The notes: generated from the letters alone by a model not told the origin. A stretch of 64,000 bases of DNA from Candidatus Marinacidobacterales bacterium (GCA_965219415.1 CBDCNP010000002.1:3360001-3424000); one strand, 5' to 3'. Positions 20,548 to 31,084 are shown, counted from the first letter of the stretch. Numbers and translations: made by a program.

Positions 20548-23379
20548 TTAGGACACCGGAAGTCCGGCAGAAACCAAACCGAGCCGCGGTTCGCCAACGT
20601 GGCGTGCGATTTGCTCCGCTGCCTGGTCTCGCAATCGAACCATCTCGGCGAGCGAGCCGTCCCGAGCGAGAAGCGGGGCCTCCACTACAATCGCGAGCTC
20701 GCTGGCGCGAGGAAGCCACGTTTCGTCTCTCAAAAAACGTCGCGTTCCCACCAGCGCTATCGGCACAATGGCCCGGCCCGACTCGGCCGCAAGCTTGAAG
20801 GCACCCATCTTGAAGGGACGCAATCCTGTGGCGCGCGTAAAAGTTCCTTCTGGGAAGAAGAAAATCGAGAACCCTTCCTTCAAGGCATCCCCCAATTTCT
20901 CCGCGTCTCTAACGCTACCCCTCCGGTCGCCGCGTTCAACCGACAGGTGACCGAGACGCTCAATGAGCCTTCCCATCAACGGCCAGGTCATGGCGTCGCT
21001 CTTGACGACGAAAGCGAAGTCGAGCGGGAGCCCCGCCAGCAAAGGCAGAGGGTCAATGTAACTGGCATGATTGGAGACCAAGACGAAGGGCCCCTCAATG
21101 GCGGCCTCTAGATGTTCCAAACCGCTTACTCGAAGACGGTATCCCGCCGAGAACAAGAAGAGCCGGATTCCGATTCGCGATAGGGGGCGGAACAACCGTC
21201 TAGGAACAACCCAGGAAAGTGCCCAGACGGGGAGGAAAAACGCAGCGGCCACAGAGAGCACATAGACTCCGTACGCAAACCGCCCTAGCGCCGTCAAGCC
21301 GCGACGTACGGAAATTACCGCCGCGTGGATGGCCATTTGCCACACCAGCAGCCGGCTTCCTCGGTTCTTGCGTGAGAGCTCCCCTCTCAAATACTGCTTT
21401 CGGCAGCTCGAGCGTCTTAGCTTCCCACTGGACGTCTTGGGGACGGTGCGTGGTGGAACGACAAGAACCTCATCCGCTCCGATACCAAGCAATTCGGTAA
21501 GACGCTGCTGAATCATCAGGGCGATCCCTTTTCTCGCATCGTCACCATCGACGCGTGCTTCGGCAACCACGACGATCTTTTCGGTTCCGAGCCGCGTATC
21601 GTTAACCCCGAAAGCAACCACACACCCGCGGCGCACTCCTTCCACCTCGGCAACCGCTTCTTCGATCGCCTGGGGATACAAATTGCGTCCGGCGCGGATG
21701 ATAATGTCCTTGGTGCGCCCAGTAATGAAGTACTCTCCCTCGACCACGAAGGCGCGATCCCCGGAATCCAGCCAGCCATCCGGCTTCGATATCGACTCCG
21801 TCGCCTCGGTGTTCCGGAAGTAACCCTTCATGGTGGATGGCCCGCGAAAGTAAAGCGCACCCTCGACCCTTTCCGGAAGTTCCTTGCCCTCCTCGTCGAC
21901 GACCCGAAGCTCGTGCCCGGGTAAAGGCGACCCGGCGGAGACGAACCGGAGGGCCGTCTTGTCACTATCGGAAGCGGGCATCGCCCGCATCTCGCTCTCC
22001 AAAGGGTCTCGTGAAATCCTCTCGATCCGGGGTCCATGGCCAATGGGGGGAATGGACAGAGCTAGCGAGGACTCCGCCAAACCGTAAACCGGAGTCATGG
22101 CTTGGGGTTCAAACCCGTAGGCCGCGAACCTTCGACTGAACCGGGAGATGGTGTCCGCGGAGACCGGCTCGGCTCCATTGAGCGCGCCCCGCCAGCTCGA
22201 AAGATCGAGCCCTTCGAGCGCTTCCTCCTGGATCTTTCTTACACAAAGCTCGTAACCGAAGTTGGGCGCCGCGGAAAGAGTGGCCCGCCGTGAGTGGATC
22301 GCCCACAACCACCGCTCGGGTCTAGACAAGAACGTCAGCGGCGACATGATTGTGATCGGAAATCCGAAGACAAGAGGAGTCAGCCAGCAACCGATCAATC
22401 CCATGTCGTGGTAGAGGGGGAGCCAACTGACACCAACGTCGGTCGGTTTCAATTCGAGCGCTTCGCCGATCGCTCGAATGTTCGAGAGAAGATTCCGGTG
22501 AGAAAGCAGCGCCCCTTTAGGATCGCCGGTACTTCCAGAGGTGTACTGGATGAGTGCCGGCGCAGTCGGATCGACCGAGAGCGCCGGCGCAGCGTTCTGG
22601 CTTCCTTGAAGCTCCTCGACCGTCGTAACAACACGCAGGTTTGGGGCACGACTCCGTAAAACATGGCCCAGCGACCGGCCCCGTTCGACAGTTATGAGAA
22701 CCCCAGCGAGGGAATTGACGAGGATATCCACCTGGCGACCCACGTACTCTTCGATCTTGTCCAGGCTAAAAGGAGGATACAGTGGGACCGGCACACCCCC
22801 AGAGAGAAGGATTCCGGCAAAGGCCGTGAAGAAGTCTCTGCTGGTGGGGAGCATGAGGGCCACCGTGTCCCCGTGGCCGACCCCTCTTTCCATGAGCCCA
22901 GCGGCTACGTCGCAAGCCCCCCGGTGAAGTTCACCGTAACGAATGACTTCCTCCCTGCCGCGCTCGCTCTCAAGAAGAATGTGGGCTCTTTGCGGCTCCG
23001 TCTCTGCTCGGAGACGAAGCACTTCGACGAGCGTCTCCGTCTCAACGGAAAGCGATGCACTGGCAAGGGCCGGTGGCGGCGACGATTCCACTCTTTCGTT
23101 GGCTATGGGAGCTTCCACCGAGAGGACGGATTCAACGAGGTCGGCGGGCGTCTCGGCCTCGGCCAAGGCAGATTCGGGAAGCTCTACCGCGAAGGCGCTC
23201 TCGAGTCGGGTGAGCAGCTCTACTCGCTCTAGGCTTCCCAGACCGAGATCTCTCTCGAACGAGGCTTCGAGCTCCACCGCCGCGAGCGCACGGCCTCCCC
23301 CCAAATCGTTCAGGAGCTCACCCAACGCCTGCAAGACCCTCCTCTCGACATCAGCGCGATTGAGTTTTTCGGTGACCAC
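20548..23379 (-). CDS. Carrier protein + fatty acyl-AMP ligase + PlsC-type acyltransferase tridomain protein
   Basis: DLGLGSLERVEL; QYTSGSTGDPKG, SWLPLYHDMGLIG, YGLAE, PKTSSGK; NHASYID and FPEGT. Confidence 0.9.
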   Translation of the reverse strand: MVTEKLNRADVERRVLQALGELLNDLGGGRALAAVELEASFERDLGLGSLERVELLTRLESAFAVELPESALAEAETPADLVESVLSVEAPIANERVESSPPPALASASLSVETETLVEVLRLRAETEPQRAHILLESERGREEVIRYGELHRGACDVAAGLMERGVGHGDTVALMLPTSRDFFTAFAGILLSGGVPVPLYPPFSLDKIEEYVGRQVDILVNSLAGVLITVERGRSLGHVLRSRAPNLRVVTTVEELQGSQNAAPALSVDPTAPALIQYTSGSTGDPKGALLSHRNLLSNIRAIGEALELKPTDVGVSWLPLYHDMGLIGCWLTPLVFGFPITIMSPLTFLSRPERWLWAIHSRRATLSAAPNFGYELCVRKIQEEALEGLDLSSWRGALNGAEPVSADTISRFSRRFAAYGFEPQAMTPVYGLAESSLALSIPPIGHGPRIERISRDPLESEMRAMPASDSDKTALRFVSAGSPLPGHELRVVDEEGKELPERVEGALYFRGPSTMKGYFRNTEATESISKPDGWLDSGDRAFVVEGEYFITGRTKDIIIRAGRNLYPQAIEEAVAEVEGVRRGCVVAFGVNDTRLGTEKIVVVAEARVDGDDARKGIALMIQQRLTELLGIGADEVLVVPPRTVPKTSSGKLRRSSCRKQYLRGELSRKNRGSRLLVWQMAIHAAVISVRRGLTALGRFAYGVYVLSVAAAFFLPVWALSWVVPRRLFRPLSRIGIRLFLFSAGYRLRVSGLEHLEAAIEGPFVLVSNHASYIDPLPLLAGLPLDFAFVVKSDAMTWPLMGRLIERLGHLSVERGDRRGSVRDAEKLGDALKEGFSIFFFPEGTFTRATGLRPFKMGAFKLAAESGRAIVPIALVGTRRFLRDETWLPRASELAIVVEAPLLARDGSLAEMVRLRDQAAEQIARHVGEPRLGLVSAGLPVS

Positions 23380-23388
23380 GGTGGCGCT

Positions 23389-24453
23389 TCACTCCTTGGG
23401 CGGGCCTTGGTCGGGGCCGAAGAGACTGTTCATGGGTAAAGTGCGCAGGTAGCTCGGCAGCTCGGTGTCGTCCTGGTCATTGTCGTAACTGATGTACAAG
23501 TAATCGCCACCTGCCGCTAGGCCTTCTGTCTTTTTGCCCCGGTCGAACCTGTCTTGGAGGAGCTCTACTCGACCCGTGGTCGAGTAGAACCATAGACGGT
23601 TACCCAGGAAAAGGTGCGTCGTCTCGTCTTCCGTGCTGGTGCCGATCAAGAGCCCGTGACGCTCGGGAACCCACAGAAGCGATGAAATACAAAACGGCGT
23701 ATCGTCGATCATCCCGGCATCGAAGCTCACGGCCAACTCGAGCTCGGCTGGTGGCCCGCCCCGTGCCGCATCCTCCAACTCGGAAAGCGAGAGCCGGTAA
23801 ACGCGAGCCCGGTCGGTCGGCTCCCGAAGGCCCACGTAAAGCTCCGACGATAACGGGTCGAAGGCCAGGCCCTCGATCTTCATGCCCTTCGGACGCCAGA
23901 GCCCCAGCTGTTCGAAGCTCTTGTAGAGTGGAAAGGTTTCGATGCGGTTCGCGTAGGGCTCCAGTCCTCCACCCCCTTCCCTGAGCCGAAACCGAAGAAG
24001 GACGCTTGTGGCCTGCAGCCGGTCCTGTTCCCATCCCGAATGGGAGCCCACAGCGAAGAAGCTCTGAGAGACCTCGTCGAACGCCAAGTCTTCGAACTTG
24101 GCGCCCTCAGCAGGAAACCCTCCCAGGGTTAGGGTCTGCGAGAGAATCCCCAGGCGATCGAACACGAAGAGGGAGGTCAATATATCGTCGACGACCACGA
24201 GTCGGCCCTGAAAGTAGGCGATCCCCGACGCCTCGAGCCTCGGTATCCGCTGGCGATCCGCGTCTCGCAACTCCAGGAGGAATCCGCCGATGTAATTAGG
24301 AAGACTTCCGGCCCACGGGGAGGCGACGCCGATGAATACTGCGAGCCCGGCCCCCACGAGAAAGCGGCGGGGGTGGAGACTAGAGGCGGGCATCGGTCGC
24401 GATCGTAGCACAGGGGGGGACGCGCCCTTAGATTCTGACTGGCGCCAAAACAT
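23389..24453 (-). CDS. Secreted beta-propeller protein (DUF3616/SdiA-regulated-like)
   Basis: Repeated EASGIA/FEDLA/IEGLA/TEGLA blade motifs, VGSHS, VGLREP; coupled to the FAAL gene; start uncertain. Confidence 0.6.
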   Translation of the reverse strand: MFWRQSESKGASPPVLRSRPMPASSLHPRRFLVGAGLAVFIGVASPWAGSLPNYIGGFLLELRDADRQRIPRLEASGIAYFQGRLVVVDDILTSLFVFDRLGILSQTLTLGGFPAEGAKFEDLAFDEVSQSFFAVGSHSGWEQDRLQATSVLLRFRLREGGGGLEPYANRIETFPLYKSFEQLGLWRPKGMKIEGLAFDPLSSELYVGLREPTDRARVYRLSLSELEDAARGGPPAELELAVSFDAGMIDDTPFCISSLLWVPERHGLLIGTSTEDETTHLFLGNRLWFYSTTGRVELLQDRFDRGKKTEGLAAGGDYLYISYDNDQDDTELPSYLRTLPMNSLFGPDQGPPKE

Positions 24454-24636
24454 CCAGTTGCCAATATCGAGCTAGCCAGGCGGCACTATCGAACGCGGCA
24501 GGACGCGACCGCTAGATCGTGACGGCCGCCGATTCACGGTTTGCCACAACCGGAGTTGGCCAGGCGCGACCGCTAGATCATGATGGGCGTCCAGTAGAGG
24601 TTCGGTGCCACTATCGAACGCGGCAGGACGCCGGTT
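24443..24636. repeat. Degenerate tandem array (~61-bp period) of the dispersed repeat family
   Basis: GCGACCGCTAGATC at 24505 and 24566; CACTATCGAACGCGGCAGGACG twice; four cores of the form GC(C)A..(T/G)CGA..GCAGG. Confidence 0.8.
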
Positions 24637-24664
24637 GACACCTTCTCTCGCTCGGCGCTAGAAT
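24635..24664 (+). promoter_or_regulatory. Sigma-70-type promoter
   Basis: TTGACA-N18-TAGAAT upstream of the STAS gene. Confidence 0.6.
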
Positions 24665-24715
24665 TTCTCTGCCCACACCACGACGCCGTCGTGCGCTCGA
24701 GCGGGAGGCCTTTTC

Positions 24716-25069
24716 TTGATCATTGAAAAACGCTCTCGCAGTAACCTAACCATCCTAGACATTGAGGGAGCCATTAGGCTGGGAGAGAGCGCTGAGTTTT
24801 TCTCGCAAACATTGGAGAAAGTCCTTCTGAACGAAACGACGAACATCCTGATCGATTTCACCAGGATCAACTACATCGACAGCACGGGAATCGGTGAGCT
24901 CATCGGATACCTCTCCAAGTTCGCAGGAGAGGATCGGCATGTGATCTTGGTCAACCCTTCCGAGCGTATCTTGAGGCTCCTCAAGGTTGTTCGGCTCGAC
25001 AAAGTCTTCAAGATATTCCCGGACGAGGACTCGGCGGTGGCCTACGCCGAAGCGCAAGGAACTTCCTGA
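24716..25069 (+). CDS. STAS-domain anti-sigma factor antagonist
   Basis: YIDSTGIGEL phospho-Ser motif. Confidence 0.9.
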   Translation: MIIEKRSRSNLTILDIEGAIRLGESAEFFSQTLEKVLLNETTNILIDFTRINYIDSTGIGELIGYLSKFAGEDRHVILVNPSERILRLLKVVRLDKVFKIFPDEDSAVAYAEAQGTS

Positions 25070-25208
25070 ACGCGTTTTTGACCTTCACTGCACCCCCCTC
25101 TTAGGATGAAAGGAAGACAGGACGGGCAGGAAGAGGATTGCGCACATTGACTGGTCTCGAAGGCGGTCTGGACCTCGGATCCGGCACGATCGGCCGGGAG
25201 TAACGCTA

Positions 25209-25583
25209 TTGAGAGCGAGAACAACTACCCGGAGATCACTCAGAATTCCCTTTGTCCGCCGCTGCACATTTTCCAACGGCGGAAAGGAGGAACCCGCTTT
25301 CTTGATCGACCTTTCGATCGCAGGAGTCTATGTGACGGCGGACAACTTACCCTCGGAGGGTCGTGAAGTCGTTCTTAAGTTTCGCGTCCCCGGCAACGAT
25401 CGACTCCTCGAGGTCCAGGCGATCGTGGTTTACGTCAACCGGGACCAAAAACATCCCGTCCACAGCCTTCCTCCTGGGGCAGGATTGCGGTTCCAGAGCC
25501 TTTCCGTGGAAGACTCCAAGTTAATTGTTGGGACGATACGCGAGTATTGCATGTCGAATCCGATGTATCGCCAGTACCTGTAG
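25209..25583 (+). CDS. PilZ domain protein
   Basis: RRSLR and DLSIAG motifs, GAGLRF. Confidence 0.85.
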   Translation: MRARTTTRRSLRIPFVRRCTFSNGGKEEPAFLIDLSIAGVYVTADNLPSEGREVVLKFRVPGNDRLLEVQAIVVYVNRDQKHPVHSLPPGAGLRFQSLSVEDSKLIVGTIREYCMSNPMYRQYL

Positions 25584-25619
25584 CGGCGAAGTGCTGACGG
25601 GCCGGAGGCCCGCCGGCCG

Positions 25620-25735
25620 GGAGGAATTGCGTTGCGAAGCACATGCGCAAGGAAACCCGGCCGTGGTTTTTGGCCCGAGCGAAGAGCGAGGGCCAGCGCG
25701 CGGGGGTGGGGCCCCGCGCGCACTAAGTAATTTCC
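25620..25735. repeat. ~115-bp dispersed REP/MITE-like element, copy 2
   Basis: Collinear with 14715-14826; GCGCGCGGGG GTGGG GCCCCGCGCGC hairpin. Confidence 0.8.
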
Positions 25736-26219
25736 CGGGGGATGGCCGTCCCAAGCGCCAGCTTCACGGCTTGCTCCGGGGAGCTGGCCTTCACCACGCC
25801 CTTGACCTCCCAGCTGCCCAGTCCCATCACGGTCTTCCCCATGGTCAGGGCCATCGCAATCTCGGAGAGCGTCCCGTGCTTTCCGGCCACAGCCACGACG
25901 GCATCGGCGGTCTGGGTGATCAGGAAGTTGCGAAAATGTCCCAGGCCGGTCGCAACCGCACACTCGATATAGGCGTTGGCCTGGTCTTTGAGAACGCCGG
26001 GCAGGAGACCCAGCGTTAAAACCTCCCTCGGCGCGTGCTCCCCGAGCGGCCGCCTCCATCACGCCGCCTAAGTCCCCCACAGACCAATACCGCTCCGGCC
26101 CGCGCAATGGCTCGACCCACTTCTTCGGCCTGGCGAGCGACCTCCTCGGCGCACTCACCGGCACCGACCACCGCGATCTGAACCTTCGGCGAAGTCACTA
26201 TCACCCTCCGAACACTCAT
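25723..26219 (-). pseudogene. TIGR00725/LOG-like Rossmann protein with two +1 frameshifts
   Basis: IAVVGAG, VLVCGGL|GGVMEAA, GLLPG, ATGLGHFRN, GTLSEIAMAL. Confidence 0.8.
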
Positions 26220-26433
26220 CCTACTGCTGCGGCTCCAGGGTAGCGAGCTTGACAATCCGGCCACTTATGGCGGAACATGAAGAAGTTACGGGTTCACCTC
26301 CTTGAAGGGGTTACTCTAGCGGAGGGTCATCAAGCCCGCGGAAGGTCCAACTAAGTCCCACGACCGGGAGTTCACTCGCTTCTCGTCAGGCAATCCTCGT
26401 CGTGTGCGTGGCGGCCCCGAGGAGCGGTAAGTC

Positions 26434-26970
26434 ATGGAACAAACGCTCCTCCTCAATGCCACGTATGAACCGCTCCGGGTCGTGTCCTGGCAGAAGGCCA
26501 TCACCCTCCTTACCAAGGGCAAGGTGGAGGTGGTCGTGGCGTACGATCGCGACGTTCGCAGCGTCTCCATCACGTTCAAACTGCCTTCGGTCTTGAGGCT
26601 CCTTCATCGCGTCCGGATCGCCAGACGTTTTCATCGCGTGCCTTTTTCGCGTGCCAACATCTATCTTCGAGACAAGTACCGTTGCCAGTATTGCGCTCGA
26701 CGATTGCCCAGCCTTGAGCTGACATTCGATCACGTCATCCCGGTCTCCAGGGGTGGCCGCAAGGACTGGGAAAACATCGTTACATGTTGCATCGACTGCA
26801 ACCGACTCAAAGGTGGCAAGACGCCCGCGGAGGCCGGCCTTCGCCTCGTCCGTCAGCCCAAACGCCCGACGTTTTTGCCGTCGATTCGGATAACGATCGG
26901 ACTGCGGGAGGTGCCAGAGAGTTGGCGCGACTACCTCTATTGGAACGTCGAACTCGACCAGGACGGTTGA
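26434..26970 (+). CDS. Stand-alone HNH endonuclease
   Basis: LLLNATYEPL, RDKYRCQYC, TFDHVIP.SRGG..WENIVTCC..CN..KG. Confidence 0.9.
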   Translation: MEQTLLLNATYEPLRVVSWQKAITLLTKGKVEVVVAYDRDVRSVSITFKLPSVLRLLHRVRIARRFHRVPFSRANIYLRDKYRCQYCARRLPSLELTFDHVIPVSRGGRKDWENIVTCCIDCNRLKGGKTPAEAGLRLVRQPKRPTFLPSIRITIGLREVPESWRDYLYWNVELDQDG

Positions 26971-27007
26971 GCACCCCCACTTCCTTTTCCGTTCAGGGAC
27001 GGTTCCC

Positions 27008-28080
27008 ATGAGCCTCGCCGGGAGCCTCAAGACCATGCACGTGGGGGATCTCCTCCAATGGTGCGGCTCTAACCTCAAAACCGGGACGCTGCGCCTGACA
27101 CGCGGGCCGATCGAGAAGCGGCTCTTCTTCAAAAATGGACAACCGTTCTCATCCACCTCGAATAGTCCTCGAGAGACACTCGGTCAATTCCTCATCCGCG
27201 CCGGAAAGCTCAACGAGGAAGAGCTATTCAAAGCGTTGATACAGCAGGATCGGAGTCACGAACCGTTGGGGCAGATACTCATTGGCCAGGGCTTGCTGAC
27301 CGACGAAGAGCTGAATGAGCATTTACGACTGTTTTCTCTGGCCGGACGGCGATTTCGTCTTTGAGGACGATCGGTTGCCAGAACACATATCGGTTTACAT
27401 CCCCCTGGAGCTTACCGCGATTATCCTCGAGGGGGCGCGACGCAGCGATGAATGGAACCGCATCGAGCAAGTCTTTCCTTCTCGCTTTACCACCTTTACC
27501 GTGGAGTCCGACGAGGACGCCGAGCTCTCTGAAGAGGATCGGAAAATACTGGAGCTCGTATCACAGGGAAAGAATCTCGGTGAGATCGCCCTCGAGCTCC
27601 ACGCGGTGGACTTTTATGCCGCCACACGTCTCCACGAGCTGTACCAACGCGGACTGATCAGTGTCGCGGTCGCCATGGAGGAGATCCCGTTCGAGCAGCA
27701 AATGGCGGACCTCCAGGACAAACTTCGGCAGGGTGTCGTGTGCTTCAACGCGGGTCAGCACTCGGAGGCGCTTTCCGCTTTCGAAGCGGCCCCCATCGAT
27801 CCCCAAAACAAGTACGCGGCTCTTCGTGTTGAAGATTCAGCGGGAGATGGAAGACGCGAAGGGCGTCGACGAAATCCCGCTCGACGGGGTTCCCCTGTCG
27901 AGCGTGTCGCTGAACGAGTTGGCCAAATTGGAGCTCGACCCTCACGAAGGGTTCGTCCTTTCTCGAGTCAACGGAGAGTGGAACGTCCGCTCTATCCTCA
28001 AGATTTGCCCGATGCGGGAAGACGAGGTTCTGATCATTTTCAAGCGCCTGGTGGAAAAAGACCTCATTGAGTTCCAGTAG
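27008..28080 (+). pseudogene. DUF4388 domain protein with TPR, frameshifted
   Basis: MSLAGSL..DLLQW...KTGTL, W.DG.F.F, EGARRSDEW, EGFVLSRVNG.W.V.SILKICPM across three frames. Confidence 0.75.
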
Positions 28081-28163
28081 CCCCTCGGGGACGTCGCACG
28101 CGTCTGCAAGGCCGATTCCCGCATGCTATGATTGGCGTGAGTTCCCTGACTTAGGAATAAGAT

Positions 28164-29192
28164 TTGCCTTCACCGCACCCATCCATTTCTGGTGTCAGTC
28201 CGCCACACGCCGTCGCCGGTGGCCGACTTCAGATTCTGGGCAGCGGTTTCGAGCCGGCTCAAGCACACGCGCACCGGGTGTTTTTCGGAGAGACCCGCGC
28301 ACAGATCGCCAAGGTTTCCGCGAAAGCGATCTCGGTCATCGTTCCGGAAGGTAGCGGCTCGGGGCCGGTCAAGGTAGAGCTCGATGGCGCGGTGAGTAAA
28401 GCGTTCACGGCGTCCGTAGCACGCACCCTTGGGGAACAGCTACACCCGGTATCCAATCCGGTTTTCGATCGAGAAGGAAATCTCTACACCACCTTCAGCG
28501 GAACCCGTGGCCAGAAGGTGCCGGTATCGGTCTTCCGGATCGATCAAGAAGGCAACGTCAAGCCGTTCCTAAGCGAGGTGATGAATCCCACTGGTTTGGC
28601 TTTCGACCGCGAAGGGTACCTGTACATTTCAAGCCGCCAGGAAGGCGCCGTATATCGCGTGAGCCCACAGCGGGACGTCGAGCTCGTAGTCGACGAGCTC
28701 GGTGTCGCAACCGGACTTGCCTTCGATTCGGATGGGATCCTCTATGTAGGGGACCGTCAGGGCACCATCTATCGCATCGAGCAGAGCGGTGAGCCGCGCT
28801 CGTTTTGCCAGCTAGCCCCCTCTGTTGCCGCCTATCATTTGGCGTTCGATGGCGAGGGGAACCTCTTCGTCACCGGCCCCAGTTTGTCGAGCATTGATTC
28901 CGTCTACCGTATCAGCCCCGAGGCCAAGGTCGAAGTTTTCTCGACCGGCTTCGGGCGACCGCAAGGGCTTGCATTCGGTGCCGACGGAAACCTCTACGTC
29001 ACCGAGGCTCTTGTCGGTGATGGTGGCGTGTCCCGGATCACCCCGGACGGCAAACGATCGAGCTTCGCATCGGGCCCACCGTTGGTCGGATTGGCCTTCG
29101 ACGCCAAGGGAGGACTCGCGCTAGCGGGGACGAGCGAGATCTATCACCTGGAAGTGAATATTCGGGGAACTCTACCTAGCCCAGAAAACTAA
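28164..29192 (+). CDS. IPT/TIG plus SMP-30/NHL beta-propeller protein
   Basis: N-terminal IPT; repeated PTGLAFD..G.LY blades. Confidence 0.8.
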   Translation: MPSPHPSISGVSPPHAVAGGRLQILGSGFEPAQAHAHRVFFGETRAQIAKVSAKAISVIVPEGSGSGPVKVELDGAVSKAFTASVARTLGEQLHPVSNPVFDREGNLYTTFSGTRGQKVPVSVFRIDQEGNVKPFLSEVMNPTGLAFDREGYLYISSRQEGAVYRVSPQRDVELVVDELGVATGLAFDSDGILYVGDRQGTIYRIEQSGEPRSFCQLAPSVAAYHLAFDGEGNLFVTGPSLSSIDSVYRISPEAKVEVFSTGFGRPQGLAFGADGNLYVTEALVGDGGVSRITPDGKRSSFASGPPLVGLAFDAKGGLALAGTSEIYHLEVNIRGTLPSPEN

Positions 29193-29197
29193 CCCGG

Positions 29198-30371
29198 TCA
29201 GGGTCGGATCCGTACCAAGGCCCGACGAATGGCCTCGGCACGTTTATCGTCCGTCGCCACATCGAGGTAAGACTTACTATCGTCGAGGGCGCGCTGGCGA
29301 TTGTCTTTCGACGGAGAACGTTCGAAGACCTCAATCGAACAAAGAGCCAGCCGATAACTAACATCGGCTTGCCGCTCGTTCCCCGGGTAGCGCAAGAGAA
29401 ACTGACGCCAATCGGCACACTCCGCCGTGAGGTCGACGTCCGAGAACTCGCCTTCCTTCTCTTTCGCGAGGTCGGTCGAGCCCATTGGCTCGTCTCTGAT
29501 CGGATAGCGGGCCACTAGGACGCGATAACCTTGCTCCGCCCTGGTGGCTTCCAGAGCTGGTTGGACTCTCAAAGTTCTGGAGACGGAGATGGGTTGCGCC
29601 GTCGGATCTCGATCGGCCGGAGGCACGGCGGCGGCCGGTTTCGCCTCTGGAACCTCCTGGGCTTCGGGTCCAACAACATTGGCAACACTAGCGGGCTCGT
29701 CCGGCGTCGAGGACCTCGCCCTTGCTTTGTCTCGGTTCCCTTCGTTCAGCTGAATAGGTTTCAGCTCGTCGACGTCCTGCTCGAGTCGACCTCCGATGAC
29801 ACGACGGTGGGCAGTCTCTTTGGCGTCGTCTTGCTTTTTCTGCCCCGCCTTACCCGTCGCCGAAAGAGCACCGGTCGCGAATGCCTCGCGGGCGACTTCT
29901 GGGGCGGCCGGCGGTGCGGGCTCGCCAGCCACTCGCTTACGCGCCGCCTGTTCGAAGCTCTCGTCTTTTAGTTCCGCGACCTCTTGTCGAGCGACATCCT
30001 TCGCAGGTTCGGCGGCCCCTTCTGGCGCTTGACGACGGACCAAAGTCAAAGAGTCGGCCGACGCTTCTGCGGGCTCTTCCTCCATGACCTCTTCTTCTCG
30101 AGCAGGCTGAGCGGGGGCATCCTGTCTAGTGATCGCGAACTCCCGTTCTTCCTCGTTGGAGCGAGTGCCGGAAGCGGGCAACGGTGCGTCCGCCAGAGGA
30201 AACTCGAGAACCCGCAGTCCGACAACGGCAGCCACCAACGCTGCTGCCAGGGCTCCCGCCCATCTGAGCCGCGAGGGTGCGAGCAATCGGCTGAACCAAC
30301 CCGCTCGCCCCTTTGCCACTCTCTTTCTCGATGCGCGACATGATCTTCCGGGGCAATACATCCCAATACAA
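29198..30371 (-). pseudogene. Anti-sigma-like membrane protein, N-terminus deleted, frameshifted
   Basis: YWDVLPRKIMSRI then WAGALAAALVAAVVGL TM, Ala/Glu/Pro linker, TPR-like C-terminus; follows the ECF sigma. Confidence 0.6.
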
Positions 30372-30893
30372 GATGTCGAGCGTCTGCGCGATTTCCTCGT
30401 AGCGCATTTCTTCGTGAACTTTGAGTTAGAAAACGATTCTCTGGTCCGGGGGAAGCTTTTGAACCGACGCATCGAGCGCTTTCCGAAACTCCAACGACAG
30501 CAAGTCGGCGAGCGGCTCGGGTTCACCGTCCGTTCGTGGTGCAGGAGGCTCGGCAGCCGGACCATCGCCTTCCGCGAACTGCTGCTCGCGCCTGGCCGCT
30601 GCGGTCAAGTAGTTGATGCAGAGGTTGGCGGCGATCCGATTGAGCCAAGGCGCGAGCGGCCGGCCGACCTCGAAGCGGTCCAAGTGGGAGTACGCCCTCA
30701 CGAAGGTCTCCTGAACGATATCGTCTGCCACTTCGTGTCTCCGTGTCATGCGCAGGGCTACGCCGTAGACTCGTTTCTGGTAGGAGCGCACGATGGCTTC
30801 GAAGGCTTCCGCATCGCCGGCCCGCGCGCGCACCACCAGGTCGCGATCATTCTCGACCCTCTCACGGTCTTCGACGTAGGCTGGGCTTCCCAA
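30372..30893 (-). pseudogene. ECF RNA polymerase sigma-70 factor with premature TAA and truncated region 4
   Basis: GDAEAFEAIV, ADDIVQETFVRAY, WLNRIAANL, LPPDQRIVF*LKVHEEMRYEEIAQTLDI. Confidence 0.85.
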
Positions 30894-31084
30894 GCCCTTC
30901 CTCCTTACAAGTTGTTACCGGTAGACGCGCCTCTTATTCCCAGGAAAGTGGACACAAAATCCCCTCCGTTAGAGGAGCAGAAAACACCATAGTTTCTCAG
31001 GATAACCCCTAGGAGAATCCTAGCAGGGAGGTGGGGAGCGCACAAAAAAGAAATCCGGCGGACCCCCGCGCGCCGTAGGAGGGT

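Noticed and set aside
24443-24636. Possible CRISPR array
   Set aside because: Units are few and degenerate, the intervening sequences resemble each other, and there are no cas genes.
26434-26970. HNH as an IscB/Cas9-like RNA-guided nuclease
   Set aside because: Only 178 aa, no RuvC or PLMP motifs; it matches the common stand-alone HNH family.
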